This document shows, piece by piece, positions 63,069 through 64,000 of a stretch of 64,000 nucleotides of DNA; within the stretch, counting starts at the first letter, position 1; each line of letters begins with the position of its first letter. The DNA lies in assembly GCA_963719315.1 (NCBI GenBank), contig CAVRBU010000011.1:96001-160000 (forward strand), in the 5' to 3' direction. Source of the stretch: an uncultured Planctomycetota bacterium (GTDB lineage Bacteria > Planctomycetota > Planctomycetia > Pirellulales > Lacipirellulaceae). Below the pieces are notes generated by a model. The model worked only from the letters and a program-made list of their open reading frames with translations. It had not been told where the DNA came from and ran no database searches. The position numbers were made by a program, and so were the translations under genes.

Positions 63069-64000
63069 ATGGCTGCTCTGACCCCTCAATCGGTCCTTGC
63101 GATGTGCCGCGAGCGCGACATCAAGGCCGTCGACTTGCGCTTCATGGACTTCCCCGGCATCTGGCAGCACTTCACCATTCCCGTCTCCAAGCTGGATGAA
63201 GAAGTCTTCGAGGATGGCCTCGGCTTCGATGGCTCCAGCATCCGCGGCTGGCAGGCGATCAACGAGAGCGACATGCTCCTCATGCCCCAAGCCGACACGG
63301 CTTTCGTGGACCCCTTCACCGTGATTCCCACGCTGTGCATCATCTGCAATGTGCAAGACCCGATCACGCGCGAAGATTACACCCGCGATCCGCGCAACGT
63401 CGCCCGCAAAGCGGTTAACTACCTCAAGAGCACCGGCGTCGCCGATACCTGCTTCATCGGCCCCGAAGCCGAGTTCTTCATCTTTGATGATGTCCGCTTC
63501 GACCAAACCCCCAACAGTGGTTTCTTCTTCCTCGATAGCGAAGAAGGCCAGTGGAACCGCGGCAAAGATTACGCTTCGCAGGGCAAAACCAATCTCGGCT
63601 ATAAGCTTCGCCATAAGGAAGGCTACTTCCCCGTGCCGCCCGCGGATGCCCTGATGGACATCCGCAATGAGATGATGATCACGATGATCGAGTGCGGCCT
63701 CGATGTCGAAGCCCAGCACCACGAAGTCGCCACCGCCGGCCAGAGCGAAATCGACCTGCGATTCGACGAGCTCGTGCGGATGGGCGACAAGATGTGCCTT
63801 TACAAGTACATCATCAAAAACGTTGCCAAGAAGTACAACAAGACCGTCACGTTCATGCCCAAGCCGCTGTTCAGCGATAACGGTTCCGGCATGCACACTC
63901 ACATTTCTCTGTGGAAGGGCGGCCAACCCCTGTTCGCCGGCAACGGCTACGCCGGGCTGTCGGAAATGGGCCTGTTCGCCATCGGCGGCTTGCTCAAGCA
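63069..64000 (+). CDS. glnA: Type I glutamine synthetase (partial, runs off the right edge)
   Basis: VDLRFMD, FDGSSIRGW, GPEAEFF, HHEVA, FMPKP, NGSGMHTH. Confidence 0.97.
   Translation, partial: MAALTPQSVLAMCRERDIKAVDLRFMDFPGIWQHFTIPVSKLDEEVFEDGLGFDGSSIRGWQAINESDMLLMPQADTAFVDPFTVIPTLCIICNVQDPITREDYTRDPRNVARKAVNYLKSTGVADTCFIGPEAEFFIFDDVRFDQTPNSGFFFLDSEEGQWNRGKDYASQGKTNLGYKLRHKEGYFPVPPADALMDIRNEMMITMIECGLDVEAQHHEVATAGQSEIDLRFDELVRMGDKMCLYKYIIKNVAKKYNKTVTFMPKPLFSDNGSGMHTHISLWKGGQPLFAGNGYAGLSEMGLFAIGGLLK

Noticed and set aside
62964..63926. 320-aa - strand ORF
   Set aside because: Antisense to glnA, which the ORF track missed because it has no stop in the window.

Overview
GC-rich planctomycete-type DNA (DUF1501, DUF1549/1553, DUF1559, ECF-sigma/Ser-Thr-kinase pair, PEP-CTERM/exosortase). 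Many genes carry single-base frameshifts, probably from an error-prone assembly. Recognisable housekeeping genes are rimI, larC, mnmA, prfB (programmed +1 frameshift) and glnA. The window also holds a flotillin/NfeD pair and an exosortase-EpsI-Wza-Wzc locus with a sigma-54 activator. Main findings: (1) a ~4.4-kb island (33.8-38.2 kb) with an IS1-family transposase under a divergent RHH-operator switch, an IS5 that splits a small membrane gene, and a non-canonical 9/3-type tRNA-like cloverleaf with a UAU anticodon (allo-tRNA-like); (2) a KaiA-architecture protein (pseudo-receiver plus KaiA-C-like helical bundle) with no kaiBC nearby; (3) palindromic REP-like and heptamer repeats inserted in-frame in at least five proteins, plus two RAYT transposase genes with their REPs. 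All calls are by eye; no searches were run.
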